NCBI GenBank assembly: GCA_044345405.1
Contig: JBIJBE010000003.1
Location: forward strand, 1-64,000
DNA from: Bdellovibrionota bacterium
GTDB lineage: Bacteria > Bdellovibrionota_C > UBA2361 > OMII01
Length of the DNA: 64,000 nt
Direction: 5' to 3'
Below the pieces are notes generated by a model. That model was given only the letters and a program-made list of their open reading frames with translations. It made no database searches and was not told the origin of the DNA. The position numbers and the translations under genes were made by a program. Below are positions 36,125 through 45,383 of this stretch, in pieces. Positions within the stretch are counted from its first letter, which is position 1; each line of letters starts with the position of its first letter.

Positions 36125-37312
36125 ATGACCATCCCGCCGAGTGACCAAACCCCCGTTGCTGAGCCAGCTCCGGCTGCGGCGTGGGAGCGGTGCGAGGTGA
36201 TCGATGATGGGGACCGCTTTTTTACAGCGCTTGAGGCCGCAATCGATGCGGCAACCGTGAGCGTTGATGTCGAGTTTTACATCTTCTCCACGGACCAGAC
36301 GGGGCAACGGTTCTTTGAGGTTCTCACTCGCGCGGCTCGGAGGGGTGTGGTGGTTCGTCTTCTGATTGATGGTATCGGCTCAACCGGCTTCGCTCGTAGT
36401 TACCGGGAGCGCGCGAAGGCAGCTGGAATTCTCGTTCGAGTGTTTCACGAACCTCCGTGGGAGCGGTGGCGGTGGTGGCAGCGGCGTCGAGGAGGGGTGG
36501 AGAGGAGGTCGACCTGGCGCCGAGTATTTCGTCGCCTTAATCATCGCAATCATCGAAAGCTCTGTATTATCGATGGCCGGACCGCGTTCGTTGGAAGTTT
36601 TAATGTGACGCGGTATCACCTCGCCTCTGAGATGGGTACGGCGGCGTGGCGAGATACCGGTGTCATCGTTGAGGGATCAGAGATCTCACTACTTCGTAAT
36701 ACCTTCGAGGATATCTGGATCGGAAAGTTCCAACGCCTGAAGCGCAAGATCCGACGAAAACGATTGAAGACCAGCCCGCTCGTTAGATTAAATGTGACCG
36801 GAAAGCAACGGCGGGAGAACTACCTCGATCTCTTGGTGAGACTTCTTCGCGCGCGACAGCGAATTTGGATAACGAACGCTTACTTCGTTCCGGATGGTTC
36901 ATTACTTCGGGTGCTCTCAGTGGTGGCTCGAGAGGGGATAGATGTGCGAATACTCGTGCCCGGTTTCTCTGACGTCGTGTTTATTCCTTGGATAACCTCA
37001 GCTTTCCATTTCGGTCTCCTCTCCGCTGGGGTTAAAATATTCGAATACCGCGGCTCGGTGCTGCACGCGAAGACGATGGTGATCGATGAGTGGGGGCTGA
37101 TAGGCTCAAGCAACCTCAATCATAGAAGTCTGTTGCACGACCTTGAGGCGGATATCGTGGTAACGGATAAGGGTTCGCTCAAGAGTTTGAGCGATCAGTT
37201 CGTGACGGATCTCGGTCGCTCCGTCGAAGTGACCCTTGATAATTGGCGTCAACGTCCGTTTATTGAGAGGTTGCTCGGTCGGGTTCTTCTCTGGTTTAGG
37301 TATGTTCTGTAA
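36125..37312 (+). CDS. clsB: Cardiolipin synthase, ClsB-type (phospholipase D family)
   Basis: Two HKD motifs (HRKLCIID, HAKTMVID), WRDT, NAYFVP, GSSNL, and no N-terminal TM. Confidence 0.88.
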   Translation: MTIPPSDQTPVAEPAPAAAWERCEVIDDGDRFFTALEAAIDAATVSVDVEFYIFSTDQTGQRFFEVLTRAARRGVVVRLLIDGIGSTGFARSYRERAKAAGILVRVFHEPPWERWRWWQRRRGGVERRSTWRRVFRRLNHRNHRKLCIIDGRTAFVGSFNVTRYHLASEMGTAAWRDTGVIVEGSEISLLRNTFEDIWIGKFQRLKRKIRRKRLKTSPLVRLNVTGKQRRENYLDLLVRLLRARQRIWITNAYFVPDGSLLRVLSVVAREGIDVRILVPGFSDVVFIPWITSAFHFGLLSAGVKIFEYRGSVLHAKTMVIDEWGLIGSSNLNHRSLLHDLEADIVVTDKGSLKSLSDQFVTDLGRSVEVTLDNWRQRPFIERLLGRVLLWFRYVL

Positions 37313-37320
37313 CGACACGC

Positions 37321-38082
37321 ATGGTCGATACCAGGGTTCTCAAAATTCTCTCCTATAACATTCACAAAGGGCTCGGCCTTGGTAATCGCGCGTTTACGCT
37401 CCCACGGATTCGGGAATCCCTTCAAGCACTCCAGCCCGACATCGTCTTCTTGCAAGAGGTTCTCGGGCAACACGATAAGCACGCCAACCGTTTTCAGGGG
37501 TGGCCAACGCTCTCGCAGAGCGATTTCCTCGCTGAGGCAGGATGGCCCCACGCCGCGTACGGTAAAAACGCGGTCTACTCGCACGGACATCACGGCAACG
37601 CTATCTTGAGTAAGTATCCGATCGTTGAGTACGAGAATATCGATGTCTCAACGAACGCCTTTGAGTCCCGAGGGATCCTTCACGCGGTTATCAAAGTCCC
37701 GTGGAGTGAGGTTCCCGTTCACTGTATCTGTGTCCACCTCAATATGCTTCGTCGTGGACGTGACGCGCAGCTCAAGCATCTCTGCCGACGGGTGATGCGG
37801 AGTGTTAGTGAAGCGGAGCCCCTAATCGTCGCGGGCGATTTTAATGATTGGCAAGAGAGCGCCACAAAGCAGCTCTTCGATGATATCGGGGTGCATGAGG
37901 TATTTCACACCTTACGTGGAGCGCACGCGCCGACCTTTCCGAGTAGGTTTCCCGTGCTACGGCTCGATCGGGTGTATGCCCGCGGGGTGAAGGCGCTTGG
38001 TGGCGAGATCCTAAACGGCCCCCCGTGGACCGATCTCTCAGATCACGCGCCGCTCTTGGCGCAGTTAGAGATAGAGATTTAG
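37321..38082 (+). CDS. ybhP: Endonuclease/exonuclease/phosphatase (YbhP-like)
   Basis: SYNIHKG, FLQEV, HHGNAILS, AGDFNDW, LDRVY, LSDHAPL. Adjacent to clsB. Confidence 0.88.
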   Translation: MVDTRVLKILSYNIHKGLGLGNRAFTLPRIRESLQALQPDIVFLQEVLGQHDKHANRFQGWPTLSQSDFLAEAGWPHAAYGKNAVYSHGHHGNAILSKYPIVEYENIDVSTNAFESRGILHAVIKVPWSEVPVHCICVHLNMLRRGRDAQLKHLCRRVMRSVSEAEPLIVAGDFNDWQESATKQLFDDIGVHEVFHTLRGAHAPTFPSRFPVLRLDRVYARGVKALGGEILNGPPWTDLSDHAPLLAQLEIEI

Positions 38083-38231
38083 AACCTAATAGCCTCGGTA
38101 TTTGACTCCTTTCGAACCTCCTCGTACCGTACCGGCGGAATATGGGTAGATGGTGACTTCTGGTCGACGACGTGAGCTCAACGTTCACGCCGTCGGCTGG
38201 TGTCGATGGTTTTTCACACGGGAGGTTTTCC

Positions 38232-38699
38232 ATGAGTCGATTCGTGAGTGTCACGATGGTCCTAGGCGCCTTGGGATTCGGCATGACCGCGCCGCAATCC
38301 GTAACGCCCCTCAAACAGCAGGACCTGGAGGAGGGGATAGAGGAGGTGCGACGCGCGATGAGCGATGTCGCGACAACGCTCTCCCGGATTCAGCGCGATG
38401 CTATCAATGACGAAGAGGTCTTCTTCGAGGGGCAACGTCGTCGTTTGCGAGGTATTCTGGCGCTCGTTCGATGTGTCGAAACGGTGAATGACGGTATGCC
38501 GCCCTCTCGCGATAAAGCGACGGTGGCGATATGCCTTCGCGCGGTGTCTGGGGAGATATCGCAGGCCGTGAGCGGTATTCGTTCGCTGGAGAGCGCCAAC
38601 GACCACGGTCATCGTTTGCTCACCTCGAAGGCGTTCGCCCCCTTAGACGCTACCCGCGCTCAACCAAAGCTGAGCGTTGGGGAATCTATCGTTCCGTAA
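38232..38699 (+). CDS. Hypothetical protein, possibly exported
   Basis: ATG follows GGAGG. Hydrophobic N-terminus and helical body. Confidence 0.55.
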   Translation: MSRFVSVTMVLGALGFGMTAPQSVTPLKQQDLEEGIEEVRRAMSDVATTLSRIQRDAINDEEVFFEGQRRRLRGILALVRCVETVNDGMPPSRDKATVAICLRAVSGEISQAVSGIRSLESANDHGHRLLTSKAFAPLDATRAQPKLSVGESIVP

Positions 38700-38780
38700 C
38701 TGAACTACAACTTCAGATGGACGACGGCATGTTTACGAAGGTTATCCTCGACACCATGCCGTCGTTCCATCGCGGCACAT

Positions 38781-39590
38781 TTATACGATCGTATAGTTCT
38801 TGAACTTGGCCGGCTTCACGCTCAAGTTGTGTCCCGCTGTGAAGGCGCGCACGAGTTTGAGGGCATCGTCGTTCCAGAATGCGCCGCTCTGCACATCATA
38901 CGGTCCCACGATCTCAGCGTCTACCTTTCCTGGTCGACGGTACGAGAGTCGAATGGTCTCCTCCATGTTGTCTTTGTTGAGTCGGCTAATGGTAATCGAG
39001 TTGTCTCCATCTCGAGCGACGATCTTGAAGGCGGGCTGCTCTTTCGAGTGGGCGAAGCGTTCGATCGCCGCAAAGAGGGCTTCGTGTGTCGGAATCTTCC
39101 CCACCTTTTCGGTTGGAACGCTCGCGAGCACGAGTGGTCGAGGGGTGTCCTTTGTTCGCTCAAAGGTCTTTCCCTCGTACTTGCTTCGGATGGCGTTGAC
39201 CTTCGGTTGAATCACCTTTTCCGTAAACCTACGGATCTGTTTCAGGTTATCTGAGAGTTGTTTCTCAAGTTGTTCGCGGGTTGGCGCGAGAGTGTCCTTG
39301 GGCCCGAACTTCGCGGAGAGCCACGCCGCGCATCGAGCGAAAAATCCCTTCGGTTCCTCATAGGAGAGCGCCGCGATCTGTTCCCGCAGCTCGGCGTTGG
39401 TGCGTCTCATATCCTCAAGGGACTTGAGAGGAATCTTAAGCTGTGAGCCGATTCTCTCGATCTTTTTGTACTCCTCTTGCGAAAGAGGCATGACACTCGC
39501 GGTGGCGAGGCGACGAGCGCTTGATGAATCGCCTGGTCCTGGAGCGTCTCGTTTGGATGCTGGTCCTGCTGCTAGTTGTGAAGATGTCAT
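38781..39590 (-). CDS. Hypothetical basic coiled-coil protein
   Basis: 269-aa ORF with a Ser/Pro-rich N-terminus and heptad-like segments. Confidence 0.7.
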   Translation of the reverse strand: MTSSQLAAGPASKRDAPGPGDSSSARRLATASVMPLSQEEYKKIERIGSQLKIPLKSLEDMRRTNAELREQIAALSYEEPKGFFARCAAWLSAKFGPKDTLAPTREQLEKQLSDNLKQIRRFTEKVIQPKVNAIRSKYEGKTFERTKDTPRPLVLASVPTEKVGKIPTHEALFAAIERFAHSKEQPAFKIVARDGDNSITISRLNKDNMEETIRLSYRRPGKVDAEIVGPYDVQSGAFWNDDALKLVRAFTAGHNLSVKPAKFKNYTIV

Positions 39591-39821
39591 GGATTCCCCC
39601 CGGTTTCCTTAGTCGTAGGTACTATGAATCGGAACGCTACTCAAATTGTTTCGTCCTGGTGGTGAGGGTGCTGAACTGCTCTATGATATCCGTTTCCGGC
39701 CGGTAGGATATGAAAGCGACAGCAGTGCCCCTGGCGGAGGACACGACTAACTCCGCGGTTTTCCAAGACTCTCGAAACGGGGAGGGAAGGGTGGTTGGGG
39801 AGGGGGGTAGTTACCGTTCCT

Positions 39822-40361
39822 TTATTTTATTGCTTCGCATATAGCGGTCTCAAAGTCATTTAACTCCTCACCAACCGCGCGGTGATGGCTATCGACTCCT
39901 CGCAGCTCGGCCCAATCAGAGACTCGAGGCATACATCGGTAGACCCTGCGAAATCCGGCGAGCGACATCACTATCTGCGGTAATTCCCATGTCCACGCTG
40001 ATTGATGGCCGTATCCGAGAAGGACCGCGCGTCCGGCTCCGATCGGGCTTGCGTCACCGAGACCGCGCTCGTGCGCGAGATTGAAATATCCGGTGCTTTG
40101 ACCGAAGAAAACCTTTTCGACGGATGGAACGCACACGCGAAGCACTCCGTTGGGGCGGAGGATCCGCCTGCATTCGTCAAAGAACCTGAGTGCATCGGCG
40201 GAGCTGATGTGTTCAACGACGTGCTCCGCGAGTATGCAATCGACAACGTTATCGTCGTACGGTAGGCGGGCGCGGATGTCCACCTCGCTGTCGTGGTTGG
40301 TCCATCCTTCGAGTGGATTACCTCCGGATCCGAATTGAATTTTCAAAAGGGGCCTATTCAT
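39822..40361 (-). CDS. SAM-dependent methyltransferase
   Basis: QFGSGGN, LPYDDNVVD, EHVVEHI, RRILRPNGVLRVCVP. Start overlaps the upstream stop. Confidence 0.85.
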   Translation of the reverse strand: MNRPLLKIQFGSGGNPLEGWTNHDSEVDIRARLPYDDNVVDCILAEHVVEHISSADALRFFDECRRILRPNGVLRVCVPSVEKVFFGQSTGYFNLAHERGLGDASPIGAGRAVLLGYGHQSAWTWELPQIVMSLAGFRRVYRCMPRVSDWAELRGVDSHHRAVGEELNDFETAICEAIK

Positions 40362-41271
40362 TCGCCTCCGGGGGATCGTAGGTGAATGTGAACGAGAGGT
40401 CCTTTCCAAGCGAGCGTTTGGCGAACATGCTGAGCTCGAGCGATAGGTGCTTCTCCGCTGCCTCTCGTTGTTCCAACCGTGCGTCGCGATAGGCTACCTG
40501 TCCATTCAACGTTAGCTTCGGAGTAAGGTAGTCCTCAGAGACGTAGACATTTCGGAGGAGGTACATCGCGCACGGATATCCGTTGTGTCTAGCGACTCGG
40601 CACGCGAAGCCTATAAAGGCATCCTCCGCGCCGTATCCACCAAGTGATTCGGGAATGCCCGTGAAGCTCAGAAGCTCCTTGGAGTAGAGGTTCATCCACC
40701 CAGTTCCAAATTTGGTTTCTTCGACTGGGACCGCGAAGATCTCCTGTGGCATTTGTCGTCTCGTCTCATCCGGTGAGTGAGTTAGGTAATATCCGAGAGG
40801 TTTGGTGAGGAAGTCAGGATGAACGAGCATGTCCCACGTCTCGTCCCATAGTCGAGGCACCGGAGGAGCGAGCATGTATCGTCCAGAGAGTTTATACGAC
40901 ATGTCGAGGAGCCCTTTAAGGAGATGCGGGGGGAATGCGATGTCAGGATCCGCGAAGATAAACTGATCGCAGTCGAGCGCTAGGCATTCACGCTTTTGTT
41001 GGGTCGTGCCCGCGAGGGAGTCGTCCTCCCGGATCTCGTAGTTGGCCGGAAGCCCCTCCATGAGCTGGCGAAATCTCTCCATGAAGTAGGTCGGAGTGAG
41101 GGAGCTTTTGCTCCAATCGATCAGGCGTGGATTAAGGTTCAGTGAGGCGCGAAGGGTTACTCGGTCGAGGGGAGTGAGAAATGACAAACTACGTCGAAAG
41201 TCGTCTATCCACCGTTCGAAGAGGCCGAACTCGGGGGGCATGACGTGAATGCAGATGAGGGTCCGTTTCAT
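40354..41271 (-). CDS. Putative GT-A-fold glycosyltransferase
   Basis: DxD motif FADPDI and GGYGAED motif. Confidence 0.65.
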   Translation of the reverse strand: MKRTLICIHVMPPEFGLFERWIDDFRRSLSFLTPLDRVTLRASLNLNPRLIDWSKSSLTPTYFMERFRQLMEGLPANYEIREDDSLAGTTQQKRECLALDCDQFIFADPDIAFPPHLLKGLLDMSYKLSGRYMLAPPVPRLWDETWDMLVHPDFLTKPLGYYLTHSPDETRRQMPQEIFAVPVEETKFGTGWMNLYSKELLSFTGIPESLGGYGAEDAFIGFACRVARHNGYPCAMYLLRNVYVSEDYLTPKLTLNGQVAYRDARLEQREAAEKHLSLELSMFAKRSLGKDLSFTFTYDPPEANE

Positions 41272-41453
41272 GGGCTTGTGAAATGATTCGAGTGAGCGCT
41301 AGGCGCTTCTTTTGGTTCACCTTTACGTCTTCACTATCGGCATAGTGGCGGGGAATATGAATGGCGAGATGGGGACTCCCCGATTTGAGAAGGGATTTGA
41401 TGGCGTTGGTGATGGGGTAAGTGTTTGATGTTTGGAGGGGGCCTTGCCATTTC

Positions 41454-41553
41454 CGGCGACCGTGATCCCCCTTCGCCAAGGCTTCGGGGGACAAGCTGGT
41501 CGCCCTCCGGTTGTGCGACCCGTGACATCGGAGGGCGCGCATTCCTGCGCGCC
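41454..41553. repeat. Two REP-like copies; the first carries a 30-nt hairpin insert
   Basis: cggcgaccgtga[tcccccttcgccaaggcttcgggggacaag]ctggtcgccctccg (41454-41509) and cggagggcgcgcattcctgcgcgcc (41529-41553). Confidence 0.85.
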
Positions 41554-41583
41554 ACCTGCATGTTTGTTCGGATGTTTATATTG

Positions 41584-42231
41584 CTACAACGCCGCCGGCT
41601 TAATAACCCTCAAATGCCCATTCAACGCGACCCGTTCCTTAAGCGCCTTATTATGAATCGCCTGCGGAATGGATCTTCGATAAAAGGCGATCAGGAACTC
41701 TAGCCTCATCCGCTCGCTTCGCATCTCAAGGAGCTCCTGTCGTTCGATGTCGGTGAGCCCCGCGTTGTGACCGAGCAAAAATGACACGAGGTCGTGCGCC
41801 TCGTACAACGGTACCTCGACCTTCTCCGTGGTTAGCTCAACAAGCTTCGTATGAAGGGAGGACGCCACGTTCGCGAGCCGTCCATCCGGGAACGCGTCGT
41901 CATCGTAGAAACCAACGATCGCCTGCGGGTAGGCGCGACCGGAAACGAAGCGTTGAACAAAGAAGCGTCGTGTTCCCCGCGCGAGTATGTCGATCGACCC
42001 GTCCGAATATCTTTTCAGTACCCGATCCACGATTACGCAACATCCGACCTCGGCGTTGTCCTTGTCGGTCGCGAAGAGGATTCCAAATTCCCGTTTGCCA
42101 CGTTCCCCGCTCTCATCGAGACAGTCCCGAATCATCGCCTTGTATCGGGGCTCATAGATTCGAAACGGGATCCGTTCACCGGGAAATAGCACGAAGGTCA
42201 GCGCGAAGATCGGTAGGGGCTGGGCGGGCAT
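41584..42231 (-). CDS. Stand-alone LON peptidase substrate-binding domain protein
   Basis: LPIFALTFVLFPG..RIYEPRYKAMI, EVGC, GTRRF, ERQELLE. Confidence 0.9.
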   Translation of the reverse strand: MPAQPLPIFALTFVLFPGERIPFRIYEPRYKAMIRDCLDESGERGKREFGILFATDKDNAEVGCCVIVDRVLKRYSDGSIDILARGTRRFFVQRFVSGRAYPQAIVGFYDDDAFPDGRLANVASSLHTKLVELTTEKVEVPLYEAHDLVSFLLGHNAGLTDIERQELLEMRSERMRLEFLIAFYRRSIPQAIHNKALKERVALNGHLRVIKPAAL

Positions 42232-42408
42232 ACCTTAAGTATATCGTGGTGGTTGAGGGGTAACGAAGCGAAATTCTTTGGATAGGGAATTAGGTGGGTT
42301 AGGCGCTCCTCGTCCACGCGTGAAAAGGCTCCTCAAACCGCACGATTTTCAGTTCTACGAGTTCTTCGTTCTCTGGAGATCGGTGCCTCCTCATGATAGG
42401 TTGCGGGC

Positions 42409-42738
42409 ATGTTCGGTCTCCGTTTCCGACACTCGATCTCCTTGATGATGGCCGTGGTGCTGTTGTCATTGGCTGTCGTATCGCGCGCCCCTCAAAGTAA
42501 GTGTCGATGTCACGAACGAAAGAGCGCTTCCCGAACGCAGAAGCAGGACCAGAAGCCGTGTGTCTTTGGACAGATGCGGTCGCTTACCGCGAGCTATGTG
42601 CTCCCAGCCTCTGTTGAGGCGCAGGAGAGCGAACGACTCTCTTTTCTTCCTATCATTCACTCTGCTCGCGACGGCGTTGCCCTACGGGTCGGAATCTATG
42701 AGCGCCCGCGGGCTCGGTCGCCCCCCGTTCTTTCCTAG
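42409..42738 (+). CDS. DUF2946-like upstream ORF (putative metal-sensing arrest peptide)
   Basis: Signal-like hydrophobic N-terminus, CRCH and PC, C-terminal PRARSPP. Directly upstream of a His-rich beta-barrel gene. Confidence 0.65.
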   Translation: MFGLRFRHSISLMMAVVLLSLAVVSRAPQSKCRCHERKSASRTQKQDQKPCVFGQMRSLTASYVLPASVEAQESERLSFLPIIHSARDGVALRVGIYERPRARSPPVLS

Positions 42739-42831
42739 CTTGCACTCATCCAACGCTCCTGGTTAGCAGAGAACGCTGTCTCGAGCGTGTGAGCGGTTTT
42801 TACCGCGCAAACGATTAGTATTGCTTATCCT

Positions 42832-43908
42832 ATGAGAAAAATATTTATACGGCACGCACTCGCCGTTACATCAGTAGTGCTTCTCACCTCCCAACCCGCG
42901 AACGCCTGTGATGTTTGCGCGCTCTATTCGGCGGTTCAAAATGAGAGCCCGGTTGAGAACGCGTTTCGGCTCAGTCTTGCTGAGCAGTTCACCGCGCTAG
43001 ATCGAATTAAGACGGATGGCCACTATACCGAGAACACGTACAACCAGTTCCTTAAAAGCTCGGTGACGCAGGTTTCGGGTCAATACGACGTGAGCAACTC
43101 GACCTCCCTTCAGTTGGTGATGCCAGTTGTGAGTAGAACGTGGCGTCGAATTGAGGATGAAAAAGTTCAACGTGGAAGCGACGCGGGAATCGGGGATATT
43201 ACCCTGTTGGCTCACTACGTTCCTGTGAACTATTCGAACGGCAACCTGCTCGCTCGCCTTCGTATGTTCGGTGGCGTTGAGCTCCCAACCGGAGACGCGC
43301 ACTACCTCGGCGAGGAGAGCGCCCCAGGACACCACGGTGACGAAGGGGATTCTCACGGTGGGGAGGAGGAGGATTCTCACGGGGATTCCCAGGAGGATAG
43401 GGGACACCACTCCTTCACCCAGAAGCACAACGGTACGGTTCACGCTCCGCAATCAGCGAACGCTATTCACGGTCACGATATTACCCTTGGATCCGGCTCG
43501 TGGGACTTCCCACTCGGAGCGGGTCTCTATACCCAGTGGAAGGGCTTCATCTGGCAGACCGATGCTCAATACACCATTCGCACGGAAGGTGCCTTTGACT
43601 ACACCTTCGCCAACGACTGGGCATGGGCAACCGCGGTTGGTCACTACCTCTACCTTGAGGATGACGCGCAGGTCGCTCTCCGAGCTCGTCTCTCGGGGCA
43701 GTACAAGGGATACGATACCGGAAGTGGTGGCGTTCGGTACGACGACACCGCGTTTAACGGCACCTTTTTAGGTCCTGAGGTGACAGCGCTCGCAACCAAT
43801 AAGTGGTTCGGCGTTCTCGGATACGACCTTCCGATTGAGGTGCACAACTCAGATACCCAGATTACGCCAAGCTGGCGGATTAGAGCTGCTCTAACCTATC
43901 GGTTTTAA
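42832..43908 (+). CDS. Outer-membrane beta-barrel transporter with N-terminal CxxC and a His/acidic-rich loop
   Basis: Signal peptide ANA|CDVC, GIGDITL, GVELPTG, LGSGSWD, His-rich insert and a C-terminal LTYRF beta-signal. Confidence 0.8.
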   Translation: MRKIFIRHALAVTSVVLLTSQPANACDVCALYSAVQNESPVENAFRLSLAEQFTALDRIKTDGHYTENTYNQFLKSSVTQVSGQYDVSNSTSLQLVMPVVSRTWRRIEDEKVQRGSDAGIGDITLLAHYVPVNYSNGNLLARLRMFGGVELPTGDAHYLGEESAPGHHGDEGDSHGGEEEDSHGDSQEDRGHHSFTQKHNGTVHAPQSANAIHGHDITLGSGSWDFPLGAGLYTQWKGFIWQTDAQYTIRTEGAFDYTFANDWAWATAVGHYLYLEDDAQVALRARLSGQYKGYDTGSGGVRYDDTAFNGTFLGPEVTALATNKWFGVLGYDLPIEVHNSDTQITPSWRIRAALTYRF

Positions 43909-43921
43909 GGACTAATCTTCC

Positions 43922-43949
43922 TCCCCCGGCTCTTGACGGAGCCGGGGGA
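43922..43949. terminator. GC-rich hairpin downstream of the beta-barrel gene
   Basis: tcccccggctc ttgacg gagccggggga, with no U tract. Confidence 0.4.
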
Positions 43950-44001
43950 AGCCGCAAGTATAGGCCCATATTCGTTTCAGCGGCGTACAGGGAGATTAGG
44001 G

Positions 44002-45381
44002 ATGTCAGAGCAGGTGCGAAAGCTGCCTCAGCAGGAAGCGGTTCAGGGTGAGGCAGCTGTTCACGGCGAGGCCGCGGCGCGAGAGCTCCCGGTGAAGGAT
44101 ATTCGCTCCCTCATGACCGAGATCCGAGAGCGAATCAAGGCGGACGTCGAGGGAAACCGAGACAAGCATCGCGAGCTCTCTCGCACAGCTCCCCGCTTCG
44201 CTAAGGACGGGAACGTGAGGGTTGGAGACCTTCAACACTCAGAGGAGCTCCGGTTCGTTAATCAGAACTACGCCTACGACTCTCAGCTCACCCCAGCGGT
44301 GATCCCAAGCCACCGACGTGGACCTCTCGGGAAGCTTGTTCCCCTCTTTAAACGGGTCTCCCGCAAGATCGTTCGTAAACTCTTCCTCGCCGATTACCTC
44401 AACGCTGAGCGCGCGTTCTCGGAGCACCTTGTTCGGCATCTGAATGAGATCGGTCGATATATCGACGCGCGGGACAACGACGTGATGCGAAAGATCGATC
44501 GGATCGATGATGAGAAGAGCGCGGCGATCCTCGCCTTGCAGCAGGATATGCAGTCCCTCACACGGGATCGTATCGGCGCCCTTGATGAGATGATTCGAGG
44601 GTTAGAGGGAATCGTCAACAACTTCCCTCGCTACACCGATCCGAATCCGCCGCGTGTTCAAGAGAGCTCGCAACCGCTCACAGTTCCCGATCCTTCCTAC
44701 CTCCTCCTTGAGAATCGGTATCGGGGAGGGGAGGCTGAGATTGAGCGCCGTCTCTCGATCTATCCTGAGATCTTTAAAACAGCTCCCGCGACGGTGCTTG
44801 AGATGGGATCCGGTCGGGGCGAGCTTCAGCGCCTCTTTAAGAAAGCGGGCGTTCCATCGTACGGCGTTGATCTCGACACCGTGATGGTGAATGTTGCGAA
44901 CGCCGCTGGGTGCGATACGAAGTTTGGTGATGGGATTGCGCATCTTCGTTCGCTTCCCGACGCGTCCCTCGGCGGTCTTATCGCGATTCAGGTGGTAGAG
45001 CATCTCACCCGCTCGCAGTTGATGGAGTTATGCGAGCTCGCGAAGCGAAAATTAAAGCCGGGATCGAAGATCGTGTTTGAGACGATCAACCCGCAATCGC
45101 TCCTCGCGCTCTCCTCAAACTATTTCCGCGATCCAACCCACATCTGGCCGATGCATCCCGATACCCTCGGATATACGGCGACCCTTGCAGGTTTAAAGAT
45201 CGTAGAGACCCGGTACCTCTCGCCGGTGGCGCCGAATCATCTTCTCAAGGAGATTCCGGTCGATCCGAACCATCCTCCTACCGTGGTCGATACCGTTCAC
45301 CGCATCAACCAGAACATCGAGCAGTTGAATCGTTTGATCTACGGCTTTCAGGACTACGCCCTGATCCTTGAGGTAGCGTAA
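44002..45381 (+). CDS. Class I SAM methyltransferase with an N-terminal coiled coil (surface glycan modification)
   Basis: ENRYRG, VLEMGSGRGE, GVDLD, IQVVEHL, ETINP, DPTH, QDYAL. Confidence 0.88.
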   Translation: MSEQVRKLPQQEAVQGEAAVHGEAAARELPVKDIRSLMTEIRERIKADVEGNRDKHRELSRTAPRFAKDGNVRVGDLQHSEELRFVNQNYAYDSQLTPAVIPSHRRGPLGKLVPLFKRVSRKIVRKLFLADYLNAERAFSEHLVRHLNEIGRYIDARDNDVMRKIDRIDDEKSAAILALQQDMQSLTRDRIGALDEMIRGLEGIVNNFPRYTDPNPPRVQESSQPLTVPDPSYLLLENRYRGGEAEIERRLSIYPEIFKTAPATVLEMGSGRGELQRLFKKAGVPSYGVDLDTVMVNVANAAGCDTKFGDGIAHLRSLPDASLGGLIAIQVVEHLTRSQLMELCELAKRKLKPGSKIVFETINPQSLLALSSNYFRDPTHIWPMHPDTLGYTATLAGLKIVETRYLSPVAPNHLLKEIPVDPNHPPTVVDTVHRINQNIEQLNRLIYGFQDYALILEVA

Positions 45382-45383
45382 CG

